Shown: positions 8,604 to 15,618, numbered from the stretch's first letter. The stretch is DNA of 32,000 nt from Candidatus Diapherotrites archaeon CG08_land_8_20_14_0_20_30_16 (GCA_002779075.1 PEXK01000050.1:72189-104188), one strand, 5' to 3'. The notes: generated by a model from the letters alone, not told the origin. Program-made: numbers and translations.

Positions 8604-9104
8604 CTACTTTTTAACCTCTTTCTTTCTAGTTTTTATGTCCTCTTTTTTAATTTCTGGTTTCTTTATTTCAGACTTTGTTTCTTGTGATTTATCTTTAGTT
8701 ACTTCCTTTTTGCTTGTGTCTTCTTTTTTGTTTTCCTTGCTATCTTCCTTTTTATGTTCTTTGTCCTTTTCAGTTTTTTTGCTGCTTGTTTTCGTTTCAT
8801 CTTTAACATCTCCTTTTTTACCAGATAATAATTCATCTTTTCTCTTTAAATCTTCTGGGGTGTCTAAAAATAAATATGTTTTATTATTTTTTTCAACACC
8901 TACCAAAGAAATCTTACTTGGATTATTTACTCGTCCTTTGCTCCATACAAACTCATTTATTTGCATTGAAATAACACATTCTTTGTTTCTAAAATGTTTT
9001 TTTAATTCTGCTCTCAAAACAGTCATTGCGTGTTTTGCTTTGTGATTAAAATTTGTTCCTTTGACATTAATTCCAATTGTAACTTTTTTCTCTTTATTTT
9101 CCAT
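8604..9104 (-). CDS. rpl31e: Ribosomal protein L31e with about 70-aa K/E/S/T-rich C-terminal tail
   Basis: The N-terminal 90 aa match the L31e pattern (KAKHAMTVLRAELKKHF...MQINEFVWSKGRVNNPSKISL). The remainder is low-complexity charged sequence. Confidence 0.85.
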   Translation of the reverse strand: MENKEKKVTIGINVKGTNFNHKAKHAMTVLRAELKKHFRNKECVISMQINEFVWSKGRVNNPSKISLVGVEKNNKTYLFLDTPEDLKRKDELLSGKKGDVKDETKTSSKKTEKDKEHKKEDSKENKKEDTSKKEVTKDKSQETKSEIKKPEIKKEDIKTRKKEVKK

Positions 9105-9293
9105 TTAATCACCTTTATTATCAAATTCGTGACCAAATTCTGTTCTTTTCCATGTTCTTTTTGCTTTGGTATTGTAAAATCGCTTTCCTGCTTTTTGCAT
9201 TATCCAAACAGGGGCACAGAAAATTCCTTTTCTAGTTTTCTTTCTTACAGTTCTCAAAAATGTTTTCTTTTCTGATGTCTTTTTAGATGACAT
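9105..9293 (-). CDS. rpl39e: Ribosomal protein L39e
   Basis: Small, very basic protein (...KKTRKGIFCAPVWIMQKAGKRFYNTKAKRTWKRTEF) immediately upstream of L31e. A GGAGGG SD lies 7 nt before the ATG. Confidence 0.8.
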   Translation of the reverse strand: MSSKKTSEKKTFLRTVRKKTRKGIFCAPVWIMQKAGKRFYNTKAKRTWKRTEFGHEFDNKGD

Positions 9294-9367
9294 AAATACC
9301 CTCCATTTATTTATGTAACTGTTGTAATTTCTAATTTTTAGAAGAAATTATCAACTGGAACATAGTT
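9294..9367 (-). promoter_or_regulatory. Conserved upstream/leader element, copy A (hairpin TAATTTCT-N10-AGAAATTA plus flanking conserved blocks)
   Basis: Shares a perfect 14-nt block (CTGTTGTAATTTCT, 9319-9332), a perfect 12-nt block (AGAAATTATCAA, 9343-9354) and the SD/ATG context with 12829-12910. Confidence 0.6.
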
Positions 9368-9655
9368 TCACTTCCTTTTAATATTAAAATCTCTTGAATC
9401 TCTTGCCTGCAATAAAATCTGCTTCAATGTAGAATCATCAACAGGTAATTCTAATTTTCCTCGCTGTGCTGAATTAATTAAAAAATTTGCAACTTGCAAA
9501 TATCTTTCAATATTAACTAATCTAACATTGTTTAATCTTTCACGCGCTTCTGGATCAAGAACTTTGTACAGAAGAAATTCTATTTTTTTCATCTGCTCAA
9601 TATCAAGATTTGAAGAATCTTGATTTGCTTGCTGATTTTGTTCTTCAGACAACAT
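9368..9655 (-). CDS. PDCD5/TFAR19-family DNA-binding protein
   Basis: 95 aa, ...LDPEARERLNNVRLVNIERYLQVANFLINSAQRGKL..PVDDSTLKQIL..., typical of the archaeal dsDNA-binding PDCD5 homologue. Conserved position between S19e and L39e. Confidence 0.8.
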   Translation of the reverse strand: MLSEEQNQQANQDSSNLDIEQMKKIEFLLYKVLDPEARERLNNVRLVNIERYLQVANFLINSAQRGKLELPVDDSTLKQILLQARDSRDFNIKRK

Positions 9656-9656
9656 C

Positions 9657-10082
9657 TCACTTCTTGTTTTTTAATTCATTGCTAACTTGTTTTGCAAACT
9701 TGTCTAAATATGTTCGTCCTTTTGGAGTGATTTTTCTTCCTCTCTCGGTTTTTGCTAAAAAACCTTCTTTTTCCAAAGTCTGAACGCTCAGCCTTGCACA
9801 TTTGCCAGAACCTTTTGCAAACTTAGCTGGTTTTGTACCACGTGCCTGTTTGCCCCCAAAATAGCCTCTTAAGATATTTACTCCCAAGGTCTGCTTTGTG
9901 TAGTACTTTCTTAGAGTTGCTGCTAATCTAATATACCACCAATCTGGATCTTCTGGTGCCCTTTCTCTTGATCTTCCGGTTTTTATAAAACTTGAAAAGC
10001 CAGGACCTTTTACTTTAGTTTTCAGGTCTTCAGCGGTCTTTGCCAACAATTTATCAGTTGGTACGTCATAAACACTAACCAT
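9657..10082 (-). CDS. rps19e: Ribosomal protein S19e
   Basis: Start moved to ATG 10082 (MVSVYDVPTDKLLAKTAEDLK...). It has WWYIRLAATLRKYY and GRKITPKGRTYLD motifs. The TGA stop is followed 1 nt later by the next gene's ATG. Confidence 0.9.
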   Translation of the reverse strand: MVSVYDVPTDKLLAKTAEDLKTKVKGPGFSSFIKTGRSRERAPEDPDWWYIRLAATLRKYYTKQTLGVNILRGYFGGKQARGTKPAKFAKGSGKCARLSVQTLEKEGFLAKTERGRKITPKGRTYLDKFAKQVSNELKNKK

Positions 10083-10265
10083 AAAATATCTCCTCAGTTT
10101 AAAATATGTAACTCTTTGCAACTTAGAATAAAATAAACTTATTATATAATTATAGAGTAAGGCTTTTAAAAGAATTACGTACATCTCGGCAAATCCTTTA
10201 TAAACCTTATTGCCTTTATTTTATAGTTTGATTTTAAAGGAAAATTTATTTGTTTAGGTGAGAGA

Positions 10266-10664
10266 ATGTCGGATTTTAAATATGTTTCAGCAAATTCCTG
10301 TAAAGAAGGAAGTATAATAGAAATTGAAGGCTTTCCCTGTAAAATCACTAGTGCCGAACATTCTAAACCAGGGAAACACGGTGCTGCAAAAATAAGATTT
10401 GTTGGTGTCGATGTTTTTTCTGACAGAAAATACAATTTGGTGGCAGCATCTGGCGATGAATTAAAAACTCCAATTATTGCAAGAGGTAATGCACAAGTTG
10501 TTGCTAATTTGGGTTCCACTTACCAATTGATGGATTTAACAACCTACGAAACATTTGAAGCACCAATACCAAAAGAACAAGATCTAGTATCAAAAATAAC
10601 TAATGGCTGCGAAGTTGAATACATTAGAGATGATGACAAAGTAAGAGTATTAAGAACCAAATAA
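10266..10664 (+). CDS. eif5a: Translation initiation factor 5A (aIF5A)
   Basis: Hypusine-loop motif SKPGKHGAAK, 132 aa, with a GGTGAG SD upstream. Confidence 0.93.
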   Translation: MSDFKYVSANSCKEGSIIEIEGFPCKITSAEHSKPGKHGAAKIRFVGVDVFSDRKYNLVAASGDELKTPIIARGNAQVVANLGSTYQLMDLTTYETFEAPIPKEQDLVSKITNGCEVEYIRDDDKVRVLRTK

Positions 10665-10668
10665 TGTG

Positions 10669-11391
10669 TTAAGCACGCCAACCAAATAAATAAGCAGGGC
10701 CAAGTTTTATCCAACCTAAATAAGGAATATCAAACCAATATTTGGACAAAATATTCTCTTTTTGCAAAGCGTAAGGATACAGGCATTGAACTTTTATTGT
10801 TCCTTGAGGTGTTTGTAATGCAAAATCACAATCTGCGTCTAAAACAAAATTAGTATTCTCGTTATCTCCTTTTGTTAAATAAAATGTGCCATCATTTGCT
10901 TTTATGCCTAATACTGCTCTGTGAATTATTTCTTTCTTTTGCAAAGGCGAATAATATACAACAACATCACCTTGTTTGTTCAAATCAACAATTGCCCCAG
11001 AAACATTTAGATCTTTTATAATAAATTGATTGTTTTGTAGAGTGTAATTTACACTCAAATAGTTATTTAGGGGTTGGCCTTTGATATTTTTATCAATTGT
11101 TATATATGTAGTATCGATCGTTTTAGGGCTGCCCAATACTGCAATATCTCCAATTTCCAAATAATGCTGCATTGAACCAGAAACAACAATCATTGCTGCT
11201 TGATGTCCACCCAAAATCAATGCAAGAATCTTCAAGATAATATATGCTAAAACAAATGCGTAAATTAAAAAAATTAAGAAGTTAAAATACTTATTAGTGA
11301 TGTTATTTTTTTCTAAATATTTAACAAACAAGTCATAAGGATAAAATGGATCTAAATATTTCCAATTCCATTTAAATTTAGTTTTAGACAT
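10669..11391 (-). CDS. Signal peptidase I, archaeal/Sec11 type (S26B)
   Basis: N-terminal TM anchor, then the conserved boxes VVSGSMQHYLEIGD, EIIHRAV and TKGDNENTN. Confidence 0.85.
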   Translation of the reverse strand: MSKTKFKWNWKYLDPFYPYDLFVKYLEKNNITNKYFNFLIFLIYAFVLAYIILKILALILGGHQAAMIVVSGSMQHYLEIGDIAVLGSPKTIDTTYITIDKNIKGQPLNNYLSVNYTLQNNQFIIKDLNVSGAIVDLNKQGDVVVYYSPLQKKEIIHRAVLGIKANDGTFYLTKGDNENTNFVLDADCDFALQTPQGTIKVQCLYPYALQKENILSKYWFDIPYLGWIKLGPAYLFGWRA

Positions 11392-11406
11392 GCAAACCTT
11401 CCAAAA

Positions 11407-11808
11407 TCAAAGATCTTTTTTTTGGTGTTTCTTTTTCTTTGGTTGTTCTTCTGTTTCTTTTTTAGGCTCTGATTTTATTTCTTCTTTTTCTTGATTCCTC
11501 TTTACAAAAGAAGAACTGTGTAGATTGGTATCCTTAGGAATCTCTTTTAACATCCCTTCTTTAAAAGAGGTAATTTCTTTTTGTAATTCATCAACACTCT
11601 TTAGCAAAACTTCACGAGGATTTGCATTTTTTACAACCAAAATAAATTCTGCATCTTTGTCTTCAGGGTGCTTTAGCATGCCTGATGCCATTGTAACTTC
11701 TTTATGAGTCAGCAACTGCTTTTTCAACATTCCAGGAATAGTGTATCTTGAATTATACATTTTGAATTTTATTTTATCTTTTGTTTCTTCAATTATTTCA
11801 ATCTTCAT
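11407..11808 (-). CDS. rpoL: DNA-directed RNA polymerase subunit L (Rpo11) with K/E-rich C-terminal tail
   Basis: MKIEIIEETKDKIKFKMYNSRYTIPGMLKKQLL...MASGMLKHPEDKDAEFILVVK matches the RpoL fold pattern. ATGA overlap with upstream csl4, the conserved Csl4-RpoL pair. Confidence 0.8.
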   Translation of the reverse strand: MKIEIIEETKDKIKFKMYNSRYTIPGMLKKQLLTHKEVTMASGMLKHPEDKDAEFILVVKNANPREVLLKSVDELQKEITSFKEGMLKEIPKDTNLHSSSFVKRNQEKEEIKSEPKKETEEQPKKKKHQKKDL

Positions 11809-12386
11809 TTATGCTCACCTTTGTAAATATAATCTTTTGCCAATTTTCTTGTTTCTATTCCTTTACATTTAGAACAGATCATAACAGAACAATCCTTTAA
11901 TTTCACATCTTTGCCTTTCTCCAACAATTTTTCTCTACATTTACTACACAGGCCCAATAAAACTCCTAAAGCACCATCCTTCATAGTCAAAAGATATGCT
12001 CCTGGATCTTCATCTATAATCTGGGCTTTAATTAAATCTCCAATCTTTACTGCTTGTCTTGGGTTTTCTAAATATGATTGACTTAAATTTGCAATAAAAA
12101 TTACACCAGATGTTTTTGGTAAAGTTCTTTTCTTATCATCCTGACCTTTTACTTCTTGTATGTCAACCAAAACTACTTTTTCTTTTACATCTGTAACTAA
12201 ACCTATTACAGAATCACCAACTTGTGGTAAAACCAATTTCCCCAAAACAGATATCTCTTTTTTTTGTGGGTCTTTTTTCACTTTGCCAATTACGCTGGCT
12301 ATAATATTTCCTTCTTCATCAACAACAGTGCCTTTTCCTGCCAAATATTCTTCTTCTTTTGCAATTATGTCTCCTATAAACACCAT
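11805..12386 (-). CDS. csl4: Exosome subunit Csl4
   Basis: N-terminal domain + S1 domain (PQVGDSVIGLVTDVKEKVVLVDI) + C-terminal Zn-ribbon (CSKC...CSKC). Confidence 0.85.
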   Translation of the reverse strand: MVFIGDIIAKEEEYLAGKGTVVDEEGNIIASVIGKVKKDPQKKEISVLGKLVLPQVGDSVIGLVTDVKEKVVLVDIQEVKGQDDKKRTLPKTSGVIFIANLSQSYLENPRQAVKIGDLIKAQIIDEDPGAYLLTMKDGALGVLLGLCSKCREKLLEKGKDVKLKDCSVMICSKCKGIETRKLAKDYIYKGEHK

Positions 12387-12408
12387 AAACCCACCTATAT
12401 CAATTAAC

Positions 12409-12672
12409 CTATATTAAAGTTGTTGCTAAATTATTTATTGACGATACCCCCTCAATGCCATTTAAATAATCTTCAACATTATCTGATACTCCATCTGTTT
12501 TATCTGGAACAATTATTGCAACTCTAATTGCTTCAGTGCCAAAAACAAAAGGCACTCTTTTAACCTCTTGCAATCTGCCAACAGATATGTTCCTTACTTC
12601 CTTTTCTACTTTACCTAAAAAATCTTGATCTTCAACAGTAACATCATAAACTAATAATATATCGCCCATCAA
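12409..12672 (-). CDS. ef1b: Elongation factor 1-beta (aEF-1beta)
   Basis: 87 aa, MGDILLVYDVTVEDQD...FGTEAIRVAIIVPD..., typical of aEF-1beta. It is adjacent to its usual COG2888 Zn-ribbon partner. Confidence 0.85.
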   Translation of the reverse strand: MMGDILLVYDVTVEDQDFLGKVEKEVRNISVGRLQEVKRVPFVFGTEAIRVAIIVPDKTDGVSDNVEDYLNGIEGVSSINNLATTLI

Positions 12673-12678
12673 AATTCC

Positions 12679-12828
12679 TCATATTCCTTTAAAATCACAC
12701 TTAGGACATTGATAATTGATTTCCTGTTGCCTACATTTAGCACATCTAACAATTTCAGCACCACATTTAGGGCACTTAAATTTCACATACTTATCACTAT
12801 CTTTTTTACAACTAACACAAATAACCAT
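12679..12828 (-). CDS. Small Zn-ribbon protein (COG2888-type, usually linked to aEF-1beta)
   Basis: Below the ORF-track cutoff. My translation is [49 protein letters not shown], with four CxxC pairs. A GAGGAG SD lies upstream and the stop is TGA. Confidence 0.75.
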   Translation of the reverse strand: MVICVSCKKDSDKYVKFKCPKCGAEIVRCAKCRQQEINYQCPKCDFKGI

Positions 12829-12910
12829 AAATATCTCCTCATATTATTTGTGGTTCCTGTTGTAATTTCTTGATTTGTTTGAAAGAAATTATCAATTGAA
12901 CCATAAATTC
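12829..12910 (-). promoter_or_regulatory. Conserved upstream/leader element, copy B (hairpin TAATTTCTT-N11-AAGAAATTA plus flanking conserved blocks)
   Basis: Contains the same 14-nt block (12857-12870) and 12-nt block (12884-12895) as copy A. The arms are conserved while the spacer differs in sequence and length. Confidence 0.6.
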
Positions 12911-13002
12911 ACCTTTATTAAAAACTAGCAATAATATTAGTAATTTTATTATATATTAAGGGTTACTAAGGTTTTTATACCTTTCTAGGACTAATTGTTA
13001 TT

Positions 13003-13075
13003 GGGGCTATGAGGTAATTGGATAACCTGGCGGGCTTCGGACCCGCTCATCTGGATTCGAGTTCCAGTAGCCCTA
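13003..13075 (+). tRNA. tRNA-Arg (anticodon TCG), no encoded CCA
   Basis: Manual cloverleaf: acceptor GGGGCTA/TAGCCCT, D-arm AGGT-AATTGGATA-ACCT, anticodon arm GCGGG-CTTCGGA-CCCGC, T-arm CTGGA-TTCGAGT-TCCAG, discriminator A. The trailer is TCACCA. Confidence 0.85.
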
Positions 13076-13103
13076 TCACCAGGGGTTTCGCAAAGAAAGC
13101 GTA

Positions 13104-13119
13104 GTGCTATAAATAGCAC
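13104..13119. promoter_or_regulatory. Perfect 16-bp palindrome GTGCTATAAATAGCAC between tRNA-Arg and scpA
   Basis: 7-bp arms around a central AA with a TATA-like core. It lies 28 nt after the tRNA 3' end and 37 nt before the scpA ATG, followed by an AATAATTTTATT T-rich tract. It could be a tRNA terminator hairpin or an operator. Confidence 0.3.
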
Positions 13120-13155
13120 AATAATTTTATTATATTATTTTGAAAAGGGAAATAA

Positions 13156-13812
13156 ATGGAAACAGATAAACAAAAAACATTAAAGGACTTTTTTGAGCTA
13201 ATTGAAAAACCGACATGGCAAATTGTTTTACATAATATGTTACAAAGATACGGCGTGCAAGTTTGGGATATTGATGTTTCTCTGCTTTTAGAAAAACTTC
13301 TTGAAGATGCGTATAAAAAAGAAAATCTAAAACATGCATCACTTATTGTTTTAATCTGCAGTATTTTATTAAAATCAAAATCAAGAAGAATTGGATTGCA
13401 TGAACTTGGACAAAATATAAAAGAAGATTTAAAAGAATTAGAAGAATCAAAAGAAACTGATGAGCTGGAAACAATAATGCAAGATCCTAATATATTGGAA
13501 AGATACAACGATCTTTTGGAATTAGAACAAAAATTAATGCGATTATTTTATAGAAAAGAAAAAACAGTTACTGAGAAAACAATAAAAGAGTTTCAATATG
13601 CTGTTAGAATAGAGAGCTATTTTCAATTAAAAAATAAATTGTTGAGCTTTTTTGCGGAAAATTCAGAGGTTACTTTTTCTGATTTGAAAACTAAAATACA
13701 AACAAATAATTCTTTGTTAATGGGTTTGCTTTTATTGAATGCAGAAAACAAAATTCAATTAAAACAAAAAAAGCCATATGACGAAATAGTAATTAAAAAA
13801 ATAGAAATTTAG
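13156..13812 (+). CDS. scpA: Segregation and condensation protein A (ScpA, kleisin)
   Basis: The N-terminus (VQVWDIDVSLLLEKLLEDAYKKENLKHASLIVLICSILLKSKSRRI) matches the ScpA N-terminal motif (WDIDI..L...YL......dl..a.e.l.mas.Ll.iKSr.L). Confidence 0.75.
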   Translation: METDKQKTLKDFFELIEKPTWQIVLHNMLQRYGVQVWDIDVSLLLEKLLEDAYKKENLKHASLIVLICSILLKSKSRRIGLHELGQNIKEDLKELEESKETDELETIMQDPNILERYNDLLELEQKLMRLFYRKEKTVTEKTIKEFQYAVRIESYFQLKNKLLSFFAENSEVTFSDLKTKIQTNNSLLMGLLLLNAENKIQLKQKKPYDEIVIKKIEI

Positions 13813-13834
13813 ATTTTTCTTTCTTTTTTGGTGA

Positions 13835-13908
13835 TGACCTCTGTGGGATTCGAACCCACGACACTCGGGTTAAAAGCCCGATGCTCTACCAGGCTGAGCT
13901 AAGAGGCC
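13835..13908 (-). tRNA. tRNA-Lys (anticodon TTT), no encoded CCA
   Basis: Manual cloverleaf on the minus strand: GGCCTCT-TA-GCTC-AGCCTGGTA-GAGC-A-TCGGG-CTTTTAA-CCCGA-GTGTC-GTGGG-TTCGAAT-CCCAC-AGAGGTC-A. The trailer is TCACCA. Confidence 0.88.
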
Positions 13909-14000
13909 ACACAAAAAGGTTTTAAAAAATAAGTAAACACTTATTATATACTATTTATATATTTAGTAAGAGAAAACCTTTATAAACCTAGTGTGATGAT

Positions 14001-14930
14001 ATGTTTTTGCCACCTACATTCTTATCGAAAATGGAAAAACTACTTCCAAAAGACGAAATTGAAGATTTAAAAACAGCTATTGACACCCATTTGAGAAAAA
14101 GCATTAGAGTAAATACTTTAAGAGGAGAAATAAAAGAAGTAAAGGAATCTCTAATTAATCAAGGTTTCACTTTAGAGAATATGCCTTGGTACAAATATGG
14201 TTTTTTTATATCTAATGACAAAAAACTGAGAATTGGAAACACTTTTGAACACTATTTAGGAAAAATCTACGTACAAGAAGCAAGTTCGATGTTGCCTGTA
14301 ATTGCTTTAGATCCAAAAGAGGATGATTTTATTTTAGATTTAGCAGCAGCACCAGGTTCAAAAACAACGCAATTAGCAATGCATATGAATAATACGGGAT
14401 TAATAGTTGCAAACGAACCACAAATCCAAAGAATAAGCGCATTACAAGAAAATATAGATAGGTCTGGATGTATAAATTATATTATAACTAGAAACGATGG
14501 AAGAAAATTTTCACAATTCAAAGATATGTTTGATAAGGTACTTTTAGATGCTCCATGTTCTGGAGAAGGCACTTTTCAAAAAGATATTAAAGCAAGATAT
14601 ATTTGGTCGCAAAATAAAGTAATACAAGATTCAAGATTGCAAAAACAATTAATTGAAAGTGCAATAATTGCCTGTAAACCTGGCGGCACAATAATTTATT
14701 CTACCTGTACTTTATCCCCTGAAGAAGATGAAGAAATAATAGATTATGCATTAAATAAATACAACAATATAAAATTAGGAAAAATAACTTTTGACGGATT
14801 ACAAACAAGTTCAGGAAACATAGAATATAATGGAAAAGAATATAATAAAGAAATTAAAAAAGTGATTAAAGTATGGCCTCACAAAGCAAAGATAGAAGGG
14901 TTTTTCATAGCCAAGATTATCAAGAAATAA
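14001..14930 (+). CDS. NOL1/NOP2/Sun-family RNA (cytosine-C5) methyltransferase catalytic domain
   Basis: SAM-binding DLAAAPGSKT, the catalytic Cys motifs LLDAPCSGEGTF and YSTCTLSPEE, and the terminal EGFFIAKI motif. Confidence 0.88.
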   Translation: MFLPPTFLSKMEKLLPKDEIEDLKTAIDTHLRKSIRVNTLRGEIKEVKESLINQGFTLENMPWYKYGFFISNDKKLRIGNTFEHYLGKIYVQEASSMLPVIALDPKEDDFILDLAAAPGSKTTQLAMHMNNTGLIVANEPQIQRISALQENIDRSGCINYIITRNDGRKFSQFKDMFDKVLLDAPCSGEGTFQKDIKARYIWSQNKVIQDSRLQKQLIESAIIACKPGGTIIYSTCTLSPEEDEEIIDYALNKYNNIKLGKITFDGLQTSSGNIEYNGKEYNKEIKKVIKVWPHKAKIEGFFIAKIIKK

Positions 14931-15424
14931 AAGAATATGAAGAACTCAACGGAAAACAAAAAAAGATTTTCATAAAATACTTATCAGAAGTTTACGGCAT
15001 AGATCAAACCTTTATGTGCGAGTTTGTTTTTTTAAAAAGAGGCAAAGATATTTGGATAACTACAAAAGCTACAAAAAACATTCTTGGCTTTTCACGCTCT
15101 TTGAAAATAAATTCAATTGGCATGCGGGCAATAAGAAATGCTTTTGATGTCCCAAAAATAACAACGAATTTTGCAATTCTTTTAAATAACAAAATAACAA
15201 AAAATTATTACAACATAACTGAAAAAGAGTTAGAGAATTATACTCATGGTTATGACATCGATATAACTGATGGGCAAAAATACAAAAACTATTTAATATT
15301 AAAATACAATAATGATGTGTTTGGCGTAGGTGTAATAATAGAAAATAAAATTAAAAATCAAATACCAAAAGGCAGAGTTCTTAAAAATTCTTTAACAGAA
15401 ATAGAAGATGTTGATGACGATTAA
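14873..15424 (+). CDS. PUA-like / RsmF-C-terminal-like (Nip7-like) RNA-binding domain protein, overlapping the methyltransferase ORF by 58 nt in the -1 frame
   Basis: The pattern ...KKIFIKYLSEVYGIDQTFMCEFVFLKRGKDIW...GMRAI...YLILKYNNDVFGVGVIIENKIKNQIPKGR resembles the pre-PUA/PUA module usually fused C-terminally to this methyltransferase class. The only in-frame start upstream of the conserved part is ATG 14873. Confidence 0.55.
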   Translation: MASQSKDRRVFHSQDYQEIKEYEELNGKQKKIFIKYLSEVYGIDQTFMCEFVFLKRGKDIWITTKATKNILGFSRSLKINSIGMRAIRNAFDVPKITTNFAILLNNKITKNYYNITEKELENYTHGYDIDITDGQKYKNYLILKYNNDVFGVGVIIENKIKNQIPKGRVLKNSLTEIEDVDDD

Positions 15425-15618
15425 GCATAATCTGCTTTCTTCAAGTTTCTTGCTTTTTTGCCACGAGATTCATCGGGATCAGGGTCAAAAGATACTTTGT
15501 CGCCAACATGAACACCAGCAACTTGCCTTGTATTTACTGAATATTGAGAGCCATCCTCGCCTTCAACTAAAATATATTTTTTTCCAAGATTTCTTACTTT
15601 AACTATTCCTTCAGTCAT
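15421..15618 (-). CDS. Small OB-fold, cold-shock-domain-like protein (hypothetical)
   Basis: 65 aa, MTEGIVKVRNLGKKYILVEGEDGSQYSVNTRQVAGVHVGDKVSFDPDPDESRGKKARNLK. It loosely follows the CSD pattern (G.VK..N..KGfGFI...G.d.FvH...v.....G..V.F.....~G..A.nv). Its stop overlaps the stop of the convergent gene (TTAA at 15421-15424). Confidence 0.4.
   Translation of the reverse strand: MTEGIVKVRNLGKKYILVEGEDGSQYSVNTRQVAGVHVGDKVSFDPDPDESRGKKARNLKKADYA

Noticed and set aside
13831-13837. GTGATGA C-box-like motif suggesting a C/D box sRNA (also AATGATGC at 5487-5494 and GTGATGA at 13990-13996)
   Set aside because: The first is simply the antisense of the tRNA-Lys 3' end plus trailer. None of the three has a CTGA D box at an appropriate distance or terminal complementarity.
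13915-13982. Long-range inverted repeat AAAGGTTTT / AAAACCTTT flanking the tRNA-Lys upstream region as a structured RNA
   Set aside because: The arms are short (9 nt) and AT-rich, separated by about 50 nt of TATA-like promoter sequence. CCTTTATAAACCT also occurs at 10200-10214 upstream of aIF5A, so it looks like a recurrent BRE/TATA promoter context rather than an RNA structure.
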